From a virus (lineage: Duplodnaviria; Caudoviricetes): a stretch of DNA of 62,272 bases. The notes below the pieces were generated by a model, which worked only from the letters and a program-made list of their open reading frames with translations, was not told the origin of the DNA and made no database searches. The stretch spans positions 1 through 62,272 of the IMG/VR virus record IMGVR_UViG_3300049489_000902. The stretch is one strand, 5' to 3'. The position numbers and the translations under genes were made by a program. Shown here one piece after another: positions 30,133 through 41,048 of this stretch (position 1 is the stretch's first letter; the number at the start of each line of letters is the position of its first letter).

Positions 30133-32547
30133 TTATGCGTTAGAATAATTACGTTCCAAAGAAGATACCAAGGCAAAGTTGTTTGCCTTACTTCTTGAAA
30201 TTGTTCCATCTAACCTAACAAACTGAGCAGTACTTAATCCTATTGCTACTAATGTTACAGGAGCATCAGTTCCTTTAGAAGCTATTCCTCTTTGTGAATT
30301 TCCATCATAATCATAAGTAAATGATATTGATGCTTGCGCTGAAACATTTCCTGAAATTGCAACTGATGAAGCATCATTTACAACTATTGCCGTTGGAGTT
30401 CCATAATCTCTTCCTGTATTATCTCCAGCATCATCATTTGTGAAAAACATTTTATATGTAGCAGAACCATCATTCTGTAAATTCGCATTGAATGATATTG
30501 AGCCTGAAGCTACATAAGGCTCTGATCTTGTTTTGCCAGAAGCATCTGTCCAGGTAACATTATTGATGTCTGATGTTAATAGATTATCAATATAAAGATC
30601 TGATGTTGTTCCTGTAGGAGAAGCAAAAGACATTAGAGAATTTGTAATATCTCCTCTAGAAACATTTGGTCCAAAGTCAATATCAGTACTTTGCCTTAAT
30701 TGATGTTGTATAAACTGATAAGTGTTTTGTAATGAAGCATTATTTCCAAATAATTTCCACCTAAACCCATAAATAATGCTATTAATTGTTCTTTTAAATG
30801 GAGAGTAAACATTACAATTAGCACCCAATCCACCAACAACCGTTTCATTTACTAATGAATCTGTGGCTATTAAGGTTAAAGTTAATGCTGCTACAGAAGC
30901 AATTGTATAAGACCCATTGTTTGAAACTGAATTGGCAATAACTATAACATCACCAGCAGTAACTCCATCTGATACCCATGAACCAGAAGTTCTTGTAATT
31001 GTATCGGGATTAGCATTATTAAATACTAAATTACCAGTTGCAGGGGCAGCAATTACTGTATCTGATTTATATTGTAAATACATTCCAGGTTTTACAACAT
31101 AAAAGTCAATTGCTGATTGGCTTGTAAAAGCTTTGTCAGTAGTATTTACAGTTAACTGAGTTGCAGAATCTACTGTTATTACTTTGTAAATACCACGATG
31201 ATTTGATCCTGCTTCTGTAATTACAACAAAATCACCAACAGTAACTACACCACCATTTAACCCTGCTGTTGCAGAAGTTAATGTTCCAGTTGTACCAGAA
31301 ACATTTGCAATAACGCCGTCTGTTCTAGGATCTACTACATAACAAGTTAATACGGTATAATTTAAACCAGATTCTGTTCCAGCCCAAGAAGTAAAGTCAG
31401 CATCATTTAATACTGTTATTTGTGTCTCTGAATCAACAGAAGCAATTGTATAATAGCCCTGTTCAGAACCAGATGTAATTCTTAAAGTATCACCAACTTG
31501 AGTTTTAAGAGTTATAAATGTTGCGCCTGTAGAAGTAAATGTCTTTTGAGAAATAGTTTTAGAACCATTTGAACCAGTTACTCTTGCAGCTGTTCTTGTA
31601 TTACGATAAGGAGTAGTTCCTAAAATTTCAGCATCTTTTGCAGAAATAGCAGGATCAACAGAATGAGCTAGAGGGAAACGATTTACGATTGTTTCTAATT
31701 GAGTAACACCGATATCTGAAATCTGTGACTGAGCATATGTTCTTGCCTTTTTTCTTACGAATAGTTTTAGATAATTTCTATTATCAGGTCCGCCATCAGT
31801 ATATACTTTAATAGCCTCATTAATAACTCCCTTGAAGGCAAAATTTGTAGGAGTTGTCGTTGCATTGGTTAATTGATAATAAACTTGAGAGTCTGCATCT
31901 ACAGAGCCTAAAGTTACAATTCCTGACCATTGTTCTAAAGTAGTATTAGTAGCATTTTTCTTTGCCCAACCACCAGTTCTAACTTTCTTTCTAGTAGTTT
32001 CATTAAACCACATCCAATTCTTATGACTATCACCACCACCAATTTCCATCTGCTCACGAGTAATTGCTTCAAAAGGAAATGGATGTTTAATTAAATCATC
32101 TGTTAAAGCACCTGATCTTGTATCAGTTCTCCACTCTTCTTTAGCAAAAGAATAAACAGCTTGTTCAGTAATTCCATCAACAACAGACCCGCCAGTAGCA
32201 ACCCTAACATCAAAAACAATTCCAGTAGCTCCAGTAAACGTAGTAAAATCAGTTCCATCAGTAGCTAATGTTAATTGAGTTTCTGAATTTACTGTTTGTA
32301 CAACATAATGCCCAGCATCTACTTTATTAAATAAACATAAAATATGACCAGGTTGCACTCCTCTTGTAACAAACGTAGCAGTTGCAGAAGTAAACGTAGC
32401 TAAACCTGCATTTGTTACACCATCTGTAAGATCATTTAAAGATAAATGTACTAATGCACCTACGTCTTTAATTGATATTTTTTGATTTTGTGTACCAAAA
32501 ATTACCTGTTGTCTATCAAGATTGTCTGGGTCTACTATAATAGCCAT
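30133..32547 (-). CDS. Virion structural protein with four repeated beta-domains
   Basis: Repeats GHYVVQTVNSETQLTL / GYYTIASVDSETQITV / GIYKVITVDSATQLTV / GSYTIASVAALTLTL; similar turns occur in sheath insertions. Confidence 0.6.
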   Translation of the reverse strand: MAIIVDPDNLDRQQVIFGTQNQKISIKDVGALVHLSLNDLTDGVTNAGLATFTSATATFVTRGVQPGHILCLFNKVDAGHYVVQTVNSETQLTLATDGTDFTTFTGATGIVFDVRVATGGSVVDGITEQAVYSFAKEEWRTDTRSGALTDDLIKHPFPFEAITREQMEIGGGDSHKNWMWFNETTRKKVRTGGWAKKNATNTTLEQWSGIVTLGSVDADSQVYYQLTNATTTPTNFAFKGVINEAIKVYTDGGPDNRNYLKLFVRKKARTYAQSQISDIGVTQLETIVNRFPLAHSVDPAISAKDAEILGTTPYRNTRTAARVTGSNGSKTISQKTFTSTGATFITLKTQVGDTLRITSGSEQGYYTIASVDSETQITVLNDADFTSWAGTESGLNYTVLTCYVVDPRTDGVIANVSGTTGTLTSATAGLNGGVVTVGDFVVITEAGSNHRGIYKVITVDSATQLTVNTTDKAFTSQSAIDFYVVKPGMYLQYKSDTVIAAPATGNLVFNNANPDTITRTSGSWVSDGVTAGDVIVIANSVSNNGSYTIASVAALTLTLIATDSLVNETVVGGLGANCNVYSPFKRTINSIIYGFRWKLFGNNASLQNTYQFIQHQLRQSTDIDFGPNVSRGDITNSLMSFASPTGTTSDLYIDNLLTSDINNVTWTDASGKTRSEPYVASGSISFNANLQNDGSATYKMFFTNDDAGDNTGRDYGTPTAIVVNDASSVAISGNVSAQASISFTYDYDGNSQRGIASKGTDAPVTLVAIGLSTAQFVRLDGTISRSKANNFALVSSLERNYSNA

Positions 32548-32587
32548 ATTGTCCTTTTATTTTAGCAATACTATTAATAATACTAGT

Positions 32588-32953
32588 TTATGAATACGTC
32601 AAACCAGCTCTATTATTCCATATAACATTTTTACTAGATATCTTTTTTTCTGTAGGATTTCCATTTATATCTAATAAAAACCTAGAAATTGTCCATTTTG
32701 GATCTGAATCTAATGTATTTTTATCTGCCGTTCCTATATAAATAATAGTACTAGTTACATCATATTTAGATATTTTTTCTTGATTTATATTTTTTACTTT
32801 TAAACCACCATCTACTTTTAATATCTCGGCATATCCATCATCATTTTTACCTGATATTGCTAAAGTAGGTAAGGCTAATGGAATTACTTGTCCATCAATA
32901 ACTGCATGAGGATTTCCATTTTCATCATATAAAATTTGAGCTGGATTATTCAT
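32588..32953 (-). CDS. Hypothetical virion protein
   Basis: IYIGTA...WTISRF...WNNRAGLTYS. Confidence 0.6.
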   Translation of the reverse strand: MNNPAQILYDENGNPHAVIDGQVIPLALPTLAISGKNDDGYAEILKVDGGLKVKNINQEKISKYDVTSTIIYIGTADKNTLDSDPKWTISRFLLDINGNPTEKKISSKNVIWNNRAGLTYS

Positions 32954-32959
32954 AAATTA

Positions 32960-34426
32960 TTATGGATTTAAATAAACCCTATCTGTTACTTGTTGAATTG
33001 GAATTGATACGCCAGTTGTTGTTAAAGCTATATTTGTTAATCGAATATATTGCCAATCCATATGTAAAACAACTATATCTACAGCTAAACCAGGACTATA
33101 TTCATAAATGTATTGAAAAGATGTTCCTGATGATTCTATTCCAGCAAATTCTGTTGAGGTTCCTGTTAATAAGACCTTTACTTCTGAATTAGCTTTTAAA
33201 TTCGTTAATTCAAGTACAGGACTCGTTGCTGGCTCAACAGTAATTGTCATTCCAAATTCATATGATCCCCAGCCTGAAACACCTACAGCGGTTGTTCCTG
33301 TTGCAGTTTCAGCAGATGATACTAATGCAAATCCTTCATTCTCTCTAATTACTAAAGGAGCCTGATCTCCTTTAATACGAGAATGAATCATTGACATTTG
33401 ACAACCACTTGTACTTGGTTTTAAATCTGTGCCAGCTGTTTTATATGCTGATTGCTCAGGAAAAAATACAGCATAATTAGGACCATTAAAGTCCTTTGTA
33501 TTCAAATAATTAAATCCAATAGGAGAACCAACAGATGATTCTGAAATATATGATACTGGAACACCTGCTGGTAATACACATGCATTTGTAGTCACTATTG
33601 CTGTATTACTAGATAAATTAGCATCAGCTGTATCTAATTTTACAACAGTTATATTTTTATCAATATCTGCAATTGTATTCGCATCTAGCAAAGAAATAGG
33701 AACTGCTCTAAAATAAGGAGTATCATATGTACCAGTTTCAGATACTGAAATTGATTTTACAAAAACTCTATATCCACTTGAAGCTGGATTTTTTATTGCA
33801 AATACTGCTGATAATTCAGATATACAATTTATAAAATATAAATATTGATATGTATTTTTAGCTGTAGTACTAATATTTTCAATTACAATTGTAGCTGTTA
33901 CATATAATGGAATAGATGCATTAATAGTTGAATTTGAACAGACCAGATTTTGATTTTCATTAATTACTATATCTGTTGTGTCTGTATGGAACGAGTTTGT
34001 CCAAAGCGTACCAGGATTCATCTTAGAAACTCCCTTGGAGTTTCTTGCGAGTGTCCATGCAGCTTGAAAGTTTTTAACAACTCCAGATCTTAAAAATGGC
34101 GCAGTTAATGCATCAAATGGGCTTGACTTTGTAACTAAAATCCCTAATGAAGTAGGCGTAGCTGCATTTAAATCTAATGCAGCAGGAGATAATGTTTCTC
34201 CACCAGAATAAACATTAGCACTAAATCCAATGTCAAAATAACTAGGCATAGCTGATTGAGTGTCAGCTGTAACCATTGTTCCTAATCTTGTGTTATTATA
34301 AATCTCAATTGAATTTACAGATATTTTCTTACCAGAACCAAACTTATTAAAAAATGCAAATAAGGCATTGCCAGATTGGGCAATCCATTTAGACTCTCCA
34401 TAAATACGATATCTCTCAATACTCAT
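32960..34426 (-). CDS. Virion protein with two copies of the local paralog domain
   Basis: FAFFNKFGSGKKISV and FAIKNPASSGYRVFV; PLVIRENEGFAL. Confidence 0.6.
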   Translation of the reverse strand: MSIERYRIYGESKWIAQSGNALFAFFNKFGSGKKISVNSIEIYNNTRLGTMVTADTQSAMPSYFDIGFSANVYSGGETLSPAALDLNAATPTSLGILVTKSSPFDALTAPFLRSGVVKNFQAAWTLARNSKGVSKMNPGTLWTNSFHTDTTDIVINENQNLVCSNSTINASIPLYVTATIVIENISTTAKNTYQYLYFINCISELSAVFAIKNPASSGYRVFVKSISVSETGTYDTPYFRAVPISLLDANTIADIDKNITVVKLDTADANLSSNTAIVTTNACVLPAGVPVSYISESSVGSPIGFNYLNTKDFNGPNYAVFFPEQSAYKTAGTDLKPSTSGCQMSMIHSRIKGDQAPLVIRENEGFALVSSAETATGTTAVGVSGWGSYEFGMTITVEPATSPVLELTNLKANSEVKVLLTGTSTEFAGIESSGTSFQYIYEYSPGLAVDIVVLHMDWQYIRLTNIALTTTGVSIPIQQVTDRVYLNP

Positions 34427-34944
34427 ATTACCGTAAATTCTATTCTAAAGTCAGCAGATCCAGTAGCAGAAGCAATGCCAGCAGTTACAATAGCCACTCC
34501 TTGCCCTTCATTACATGTTATTGGTTCCAATATAGAAGAACCATAGCCGCAATCCCAATGTAAAGATAATGGAACTAATACTTGATATTCATCTGAAGTA
34601 ACAGCAGTACCAACAGAAGGTTCATCTGTTGAAAATTGAAATCGCCTAAAAACAGTAGATGAAGTTACAGTAGTTGCAGATCCTGCTACAATAGTACTTA
34701 ATGCTGCATCATTTGTATCATATGCAATAGGAGTAATTGCAGTTGCCTGTGTAAAAGCTGTAATTCTATTTATTTGAACTGGAGCAATAACACCTGTTAC
34801 GGCTGCTGTTTGAGCACTAGAAATCCATATTCTATATACTTTAATAATTTTACCAGAACCCGCAGGATTCCATAAACTAAGCATTGTTTTAGCTGAAGTA
34901 GACCAAGTAACAGCAGTTGCTAAAGCACTAAATGTAGCAGCCAT
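34423..34944 (-). CDS. Paralog-family virion protein 3
   Basis: LWNPAGSGKIIKVYRI...STDE...PITCNEGQG. Confidence 0.65.
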   Translation of the reverse strand: MAATFSALATAVTWSTSAKTMLSLWNPAGSGKIIKVYRIWISSAQTAAVTGVIAPVQINRITAFTQATAITPIAYDTNDAALSTIVAGSATTVTSSTVFRRFQFSTDEPSVGTAVTSDEYQVLVPLSLHWDCGYGSSILEPITCNEGQGVAIVTAGIASATGSADFRIEFTVI

Positions 34945-34952
34945 AATAATCC

Positions 34953-35483
34953 TTAAGTAATAGTCATTTCTATATTAATGTCAGTTGTTCCTACATAAGT
35001 ACCAGCTGCACCAGATTGTAAAGTTAAGCCTTCACCCTCTCTTAAAGTAATTGGTTCTATAGTTGTATTATCATGTCCACATTCCCAAATATAATTCCAA
35101 GCAGGAATTAAATTAAGTTCATCTAATGTAGCACCAGAAACAGCGACTTCATCTGTAGATCTTACAACAGATCTAAATGTATTTGCAGCTGTCAAAGTAA
35201 TACCTGTAGGAGCATGAGCAGCAACAATTTGTGCAGGAACAGCAGCATTAGTTGTATTGTGCAAATTAATTGTAACGCCAGTTCCACCAGTATAAGCACC
35301 CGTAAATCTTCCAATATTTAACACACCAATACCACCAGCAACTGCACCAGTTTGATTATTAATTAATTGTATACGATAAATTCTTACAATTTTAGCTGAA
35401 CCAGCGCCATTATAAATAGCCATCATATTTTTGCTTGCTGCCCAAGCAATAGCATTTTGATGAATAGAATATGTAGCTGCCAT
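34953..35483 (-). CDS. Paralog-family virion protein 2
   Basis: IYNGAGSAKIVRIYRI...STDE...PITLREGEG. Confidence 0.65.
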   Translation of the reverse strand: MAATYSIHQNAIAWAASKNMMAIYNGAGSAKIVRIYRIQLINNQTGAVAGGIGVLNIGRFTGAYTGGTGVTINLHNTTNAAVPAQIVAAHAPTGITLTAANTFRSVVRSTDEVAVSGATLDELNLIPAWNYIWECGHDNTTIEPITLREGEGLTLQSGAAGTYVGTTDINIEMTIT

Positions 35484-36007
35484 TATGTACTCGCTAACGT
35501 TACTTCAAAGAAAATATCAGCTGAACCTACAGATGTGTTTCCTATATTAACTAAAGCTAATCCTTGACCTTCTCTTAATACAATTGGAGTTACATTCGCA
35601 TCATTATATCCAACATCCCAAATACAATTTAAAGGAACTAATGTTTCTAATTCGTCTAATGAAGCAGTAGCATTAGCTGTAGCTTCATCATTTGACCAAA
35701 CAATTCTTCTAAATAAATCAGTTGTAGTTACAGTTTGATTTGTAGCAACGTTAATTTGTGCAGGAAAAGACTCAGAAGTAGAGTCATGTTTTAATGGTGT
35801 AATTGCAGTTCCACCTGATCCTGCTGAAGTCCTACGTAATTCAATATTTGTTAGAACGCCTGTAACAGCAGTTGTACCATTGTTAAGAATCCAAGCCCTA
35901 TAAACGCGCACAATACGACCAGATCCTGATCCATTAAACACTCCTAACAAGCATTTATTTAAGGCAAATGAAACACCTGTTGCACCAATTGTATATGTTT
36001 GAGCCAT
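35483..36007 (-). CDS. Paralog-family virion protein 1
   Basis: VFNGSGSGRIVRVYRA...SNDE...PIVLREGQG. Confidence 0.65.
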   Translation of the reverse strand: MAQTYTIGATGVSFALNKCLLGVFNGSGSGRIVRVYRAWILNNGTTAVTGVLTNIELRRTSAGSGGTAITPLKHDSTSESFPAQINVATNQTVTTTDLFRRIVWSNDEATANATASLDELETLVPLNCIWDVGYNDANVTPIVLREGQGLALVNIGNTSVGSADIFFEVTLAST

Positions 36008-36035
36008 AAAATCCTCTATCTATATATATCTTTAG

Positions 36036-37037
36036 TTATAGGCTTAAGCCTTGTTTATAAAGTATTTTTAAATAATCCAAGCTTCTTGCTGTATTTTCTA
36101 TTTTAACTGAATTTATCTTCATTGTTAAATTTGAACTAAATGTATTGTTTCCACCAATTACATATCTCCCATGCGTTCCCCAATTAATTGGTCCTGAAAT
36201 AACTAATTCTGACACCAACGTTCCATCTACTATTTGATAGGCTTTTCCATCTGTTTGATTGTAAACTAAACTATATAAATGCCAATTTCCAGTATCATTT
36301 AAACTTAAATTAGAATTATAAATTGTTTTAATAACACTATTATCATTTATATTAAACTTATATTTATCACCAGACTCATCTGTAAAAACAGACCAAGAAA
36401 CAAATGGTGTTGCCCAAGTATCATCATTCCTATATGATTTACATATAAAAACACCATCAGTCTTTTTTAATAAATTAGCCCAAAAAGAAACTGTAAAAGA
36501 ACCTGAAGTTTCTCCTATAGATGTATATGGCGACCATAAAACAAATGACCCATTATGTACCCTACATTCGCCTGTAATAGATACTCCAGTTAAATCAGAC
36601 CCTGTAGCTATACTTAAATCTAAAGAGCCTCCAGAGCCTTGATTTTTAAGTCCATCAGAAGTAGAATCTAATGTCCAATAAATTTGAGTATATCCATCTA
36701 TCTCTCCAGAACTATTACTAAAGAATGTTTGTTCTCCTAATAAATCAGCGTTTTCATTTGCATAAAATAATTTGTTAATTTTATCTAAAATTAAAAATGC
36801 ATTAGAAATTGATTGTACAGTTGTATCTTCTAAAATTTGTAAATTATTATTTTGAATATTTTGATTTACTATAGAAATATTATTAAATATATTTGGTAAA
36901 GTTAATTTAATTTTGCCATTTATACTTTTAGAAGACCAAATTCTAACTGATTCTGAAGCCGCTAAAGATAAGTTGCCAATAGAAATAGTTGACGCAGAAT
37001 TGTTTTTAAGGTAAATATTTGATTTAAAAGTAATCAT
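36036..37037 (-). CDS. LamG/concanavalin-like lectin domain protein
   Basis: YWTLD...SFTVSFWA...WHLYSLVY...VDG...IGG...ARS pattern. Confidence 0.7.
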   Translation of the reverse strand: MITFKSNIYLKNNSASTISIGNLSLAASESVRIWSSKSINGKIKLTLPNIFNNISIVNQNIQNNNLQILEDTTVQSISNAFLILDKINKLFYANENADLLGEQTFFSNSSGEIDGYTQIYWTLDSTSDGLKNQGSGGSLDLSIATGSDLTGVSITGECRVHNGSFVLWSPYTSIGETSGSFTVSFWANLLKKTDGVFICKSYRNDDTWATPFVSWSVFTDESGDKYKFNINDNSVIKTIYNSNLSLNDTGNWHLYSLVYNQTDGKAYQIVDGTLVSELVISGPINWGTHGRYVIGGNNTFSSNLTMKINSVKIENTARSLDYLKILYKQGLSL

Positions 37038-39535
37038 GCTTCCTCAATTATTAAAGTTACGAATGCATTTCTTGATTGACCAACTAAATTAGCAGCAGTT
37101 CCATTAACAAATTTTAATCCTAACATTTGACCTTCTGTTACAGATATATTTAAAACAACACTTCCTGTATAATTAGTATTACCTGGAGAAAAAGTAGCAA
37201 CTGTAAAAGCATTGGATATTGGAAAGTCTATATCAGCAGTTTTAGATGTAGATGTCCAGCTTATATTATCTAAATCTGTTTGATAATTTACTGGATATGT
37301 TACTGTTCCATTTTGAACTCCAGCTCCTTTTAAGCTTAAAGTAGCTCTTACTATCTTACCATTAAATGGAACTTGATATGGGGAACAAGAATTAGGGTTT
37401 TGTAATCCTGCATTATTTCCAGATCTTTCAGTATCTAAAGCAGAAGCATTTGTCCTTCCTACATAAAAATACTTCTCTGTATTATTGGCATCTTCAGTTA
37501 AACAAAATTGCACAGATACTCTATTTTTAGAGGTAGAGGTTGACCCAGATCCAGATGTTTGGTTTTGCCTATAATCAACATATGAGAATCCATCAGAAGT
37601 AGAAACTATTCTAGCTTTTGGTGTGTTTGCATAGGCAGTAGATGATTGATAAATAACTGTACCTAAAGGAGCAGCTTCTTTAGATATTAATTTTATTGTA
37701 TTTGATAAATTTTTTATCTCAGTATCAGCCCCAACTCTTGCAGAAGCCAAAGTTGTATAAGTTGCTTGTCCTATAATCCCAATTATAGGTTCAGATATAT
37801 TATTTGTGGCATAGTAATGGGTTAATACAAAGTTACCATTAGTAACTTCAGTAAATCCATATGATCCTGAAAAGCTATTATATGGTAACCTAGTCCCAAC
37901 ATACCCTGCTGTTCCATTATAAATTACAGGAAAATTATCAGCTGTCTTTTTTCTCCAATTTCCAGTTCCAGTTAAATAATAAATAGGAATTTGAGCTATT
38001 GTACTTAATGTTTGAGGAGAACTATTTGTAATTATAAATTTAATATCTTCATCTGCTATTGTTGTATCCTCTACTTGAAACTGACAATGAGCAGCTAAAT
38101 CTCCAGATTGATCTACTAAAATGTTTTGTAATGCTCCACCAGAATACCATTTTGTACCAAAAGAATTATGTAAATGTAAATGGGTTGATTTATCCATTTC
38201 AATTCCATGACGCTCTTCTGCAAAATATAAAACGGAAGCATTGGTTAAATCCCAATAAACATAAGCAATAATTACAAAATCACCACTTATCATTTGCTGA
38301 TCAATTGTGCTTAAATCATTAGTACATAATAAAGTATTGTTATTAAAATAAAATACCCATAAACCTTCTGTATTAGCCCATTGAACGCTTTTACTTATAG
38401 AATTAGTATACTTTATTCCTTTTTGATAAAAGCTATAACTACCTGAAACTGGAGTTATACTAAATGTCCTAGTTCCAGCTACATAAGATATAGTTGAACT
38501 TGTTCTATTTATAAATCCAGTAGGGTCTGAAGAAGAAGTATGTATTTCTCTTAAAGCAGCTACTTCTGGAGAATTTTTTACATCATTATTAAAATCGCTT
38601 GAATTCCAATAAGAACCATCTCCTCTTAAATAATAGCCATCCATTGGACCATCAATATTTACATCATGTAAATCAGATAAATGATAAGTATGAGCTAATG
38701 AGAAAAATACAGCGCCATCTGATGGATGAGCATCTACAATTATACCTATTTCAACAACAGAAGCTGTTCCTGTTGGTTTTGTTTTTGTAAAATTACCAGC
38801 AACAGAATCTAAATAAAGAGGATCTCCTTCTAAATAAGAATTTGTATTTAATCCTCTTACAGTACCAAATACAGTAATAAATCCTTCTGAATTATCTGGA
38901 ATATTATGCGTTGTCATTCCAGTTACATGGGCAGAAATATCCGAAGAATTATTGGCTAATGAAATCTTAGTCCTATGACCTTGGGCTCCAGATACATATA
39001 CTAATTTTCCATTGGGAATTGCAGAACCAGTTTTGTTTATTACTCTTAGCCACATTTCTTGACCAACTTGTAATAAAGCATCTGCAATATCTGTTTTTAC
39101 TGATAATGCATGATCAACTGAGTCATAAAAAATATCACCCTCTGTAGCTGTAACTAAAGCAGGATTTAATAAATTTAATTTTAAAGATCTTATATTTTGA
39201 ACATCAGCAGTATTAGTAATAGTAACTAAGCTATCATTTATAGCTGAGCCATCTGAAGAATTCCATCTAACTATAGAATTTTGTAATGTAGTTCCTGGTG
39301 TACCTATACCAGATGTATTTAAAGAATCCCAAGCTGTATTAGAATTATTTCTCCTATAAATAGAATTTAAATCTGTTCTCCAAATTACTTCTCCAGCAGT
39401 AGGATTTAAAGGAAATGAAGTAGAAGCTGGTAAAGCTAATTTTCCACCTAAAGAACGATCATAAACTATAACTCCAGTAATTGTTTTATCTGAAGAGTCA
39501 TTTATTAATATTTGAGCTATAGTTACGCCACTCAT
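37034..39535 (-). CDS. Fibre-like virion protein
   Basis: FPLNPTAGEVIWRTD, NKTGSAIPNGKLVYV...GFITVFG, LSDLHDVNI modules typical of fibre/decoration proteins. Confidence 0.55.
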   Translation of the reverse strand: MSGVTIAQILINDSSDKTITGVIVYDRSLGGKLALPASTSFPLNPTAGEVIWRTDLNSIYRRNNSNTAWDSLNTSGIGTPGTTLQNSIVRWNSSDGSAINDSLVTITNTADVQNIRSLKLNLLNPALVTATEGDIFYDSVDHALSVKTDIADALLQVGQEMWLRVINKTGSAIPNGKLVYVSGAQGHRTKISLANNSSDISAHVTGMTTHNIPDNSEGFITVFGTVRGLNTNSYLEGDPLYLDSVAGNFTKTKPTGTASVVEIGIIVDAHPSDGAVFFSLAHTYHLSDLHDVNIDGPMDGYYLRGDGSYWNSSDFNNDVKNSPEVAALREIHTSSSDPTGFINRTSSTISYVAGTRTFSITPVSGSYSFYQKGIKYTNSISKSVQWANTEGLWVFYFNNNTLLCTNDLSTIDQQMISGDFVIIAYVYWDLTNASVLYFAEERHGIEMDKSTHLHLHNSFGTKWYSGGALQNILVDQSGDLAAHCQFQVEDTTIADEDIKFIITNSSPQTLSTIAQIPIYYLTGTGNWRKKTADNFPVIYNGTAGYVGTRLPYNSFSGSYGFTEVTNGNFVLTHYYATNNISEPIIGIIGQATYTTLASARVGADTEIKNLSNTIKLISKEAAPLGTVIYQSSTAYANTPKARIVSTSDGFSYVDYRQNQTSGSGSTSTSKNRVSVQFCLTEDANNTEKYFYVGRTNASALDTERSGNNAGLQNPNSCSPYQVPFNGKIVRATLSLKGAGVQNGTVTYPVNYQTDLDNISWTSTSKTADIDFPISNAFTVATFSPGNTNYTGSVVLNISVTEGQMLGLKFVNGTAANLVGQSRNAFVTLIIEEA

Positions 39536-41037
39536 GTTATTGCCCTTGTTCTATTTTGTTCAAAAATACCATTATAATTAATAGTATCTGTTACTGAATT
39601 CTTTAAACTTCCATCAGAATTATACATTAACCATTGTATATTTGTTGGCTGTTTTTTACTATTTCTAATTATATTTACTTCTACTATCTTTTTTAATTTA
39701 GAACTAGATTCCCACCAAATTTCTTGGCTTGGAAATGGAATGCCTATAGTTTCTTTATATGCACCAGAAACAAATCCATTAGCAGGTCCTTCATCAACAA
39801 AATGAATTAATTGCCTTAATTTTTCATGATCTGTTTCATTAAGACCTGAACTTGTTCCAGAACCAGCCCCACCAGAAGGATCTCCAGTCTTATTCGATAT
39901 TATATTTACTATCTTATTTTGATTATATAATACATCTTCTTCTAATCTAGATACTTCAACACCGACTTCATTATATTGTATTGATGTAACTTTACTTATA
40001 TTTAATCCAGTATACTCTAATACATATTCTCTTACTTTTATTGTCTTAGCTGGAGATGTCCAAAAGATATAACTTGATATTTGATTACCTAAATAAGTTA
40101 CTTCTGTATATCCATCTTCAGCAATATCATGAACTAATGTGTCTAATGTTTCATGATTAGCTGTTCCAGAAGAACCACTAGATAAGCAATTAATAAAGCG
40201 TTTTCTTAAAAAATCCTCATCTAATAAATCTAATCTTTCTCTATATGGATAATAAATATTAGCATTTACTGCTTGCTCTATTGTATGAGGATAAGATATA
40301 TTATGATTTATTCCATCAAATTTTCTTATTTCAACATCAACATTATTAGGAGTTAAACTTGTTTTTGTTCGTCCAAATACAAAATATCCATCTGATGATT
40401 TTAATGAAGACCAAGATGAATCATATAATTCTACAAATGTAGCAATAATATTTCCTGCATCATATCCATCAAATACTGGAACACCTGTAATATCTGTTGA
40501 ATTTGCTATTTTTGTTACAGGTATACTGAAACTACTAACAGTTCCTAAATACAAAGAATACTTAATAGTATCTAATATAGTTTTAGCATCTGTAGTTTTA
40601 CCAGCAATATTAGATAAATTAGTATTAATATTGCTTGTAGTATCAGTTGGTCTTTTATAAGTAGGAATAGCAGAAGAATAACTATTACCTTTAATATTTG
40701 CTCTGTCAGTACGATTATAATTTAAATCATCTTCTAAAGTATATGGAGCATATTCTTGATAAGCAACATTGGATAAAGATAATGACGCATCAATTTGAAC
40801 TGTCGTAGGATTAATATAAGCAATAATTTTATAGATATTAGAATTTATGCTAATAAAATTATTTAAGCTAGCATCTGTAAATGAAGCAGTAACTAAAGTT
40901 CCTGAAACAGAACAAATGCCAGAATTAATTAATGAACCTAATTTTAAAGATTCATTAGAAGATATCATTGAATCATTATGATTTAATGATCCCGAAATAT
41001 CTAAATTTTGATTTAGGTCATGAATCCTAGTAGTCAC
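39532..41037 (-). CDS. Virion protein with duplicated C-terminal module
   Basis: HETLDTLVHDIAE...IFWTSPAKTIKV and HEKLRQLIHFVDE...IWWESSSKLKKI. Confidence 0.55.
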   Translation of the reverse strand: MTTRIHDLNQNLDISGSLNHNDSMISSNESLKLGSLINSGICSVSGTLVTASFTDASLNNFISINSNIYKIIAYINPTTVQIDASLSLSNVAYQEYAPYTLEDDLNYNRTDRANIKGNSYSSAIPTYKRPTDTTSNINTNLSNIAGKTTDAKTILDTIKYSLYLGTVSSFSIPVTKIANSTDITGVPVFDGYDAGNIIATFVELYDSSWSSLKSSDGYFVFGRTKTSLTPNNVDVEIRKFDGINHNISYPHTIEQAVNANIYYPYRERLDLLDEDFLRKRFINCLSSGSSGTANHETLDTLVHDIAEDGYTEVTYLGNQISSYIFWTSPAKTIKVREYVLEYTGLNISKVTSIQYNEVGVEVSRLEEDVLYNQNKIVNIISNKTGDPSGGAGSGTSSGLNETDHEKLRQLIHFVDEGPANGFVSGAYKETIGIPFPSQEIWWESSSKLKKIVEVNIIRNSKKQPTNIQWLMYNSDGSLKNSVTDTINYNGIFEQNRTRAIT

Positions 41038-41048
41038 ATTAGATATGC

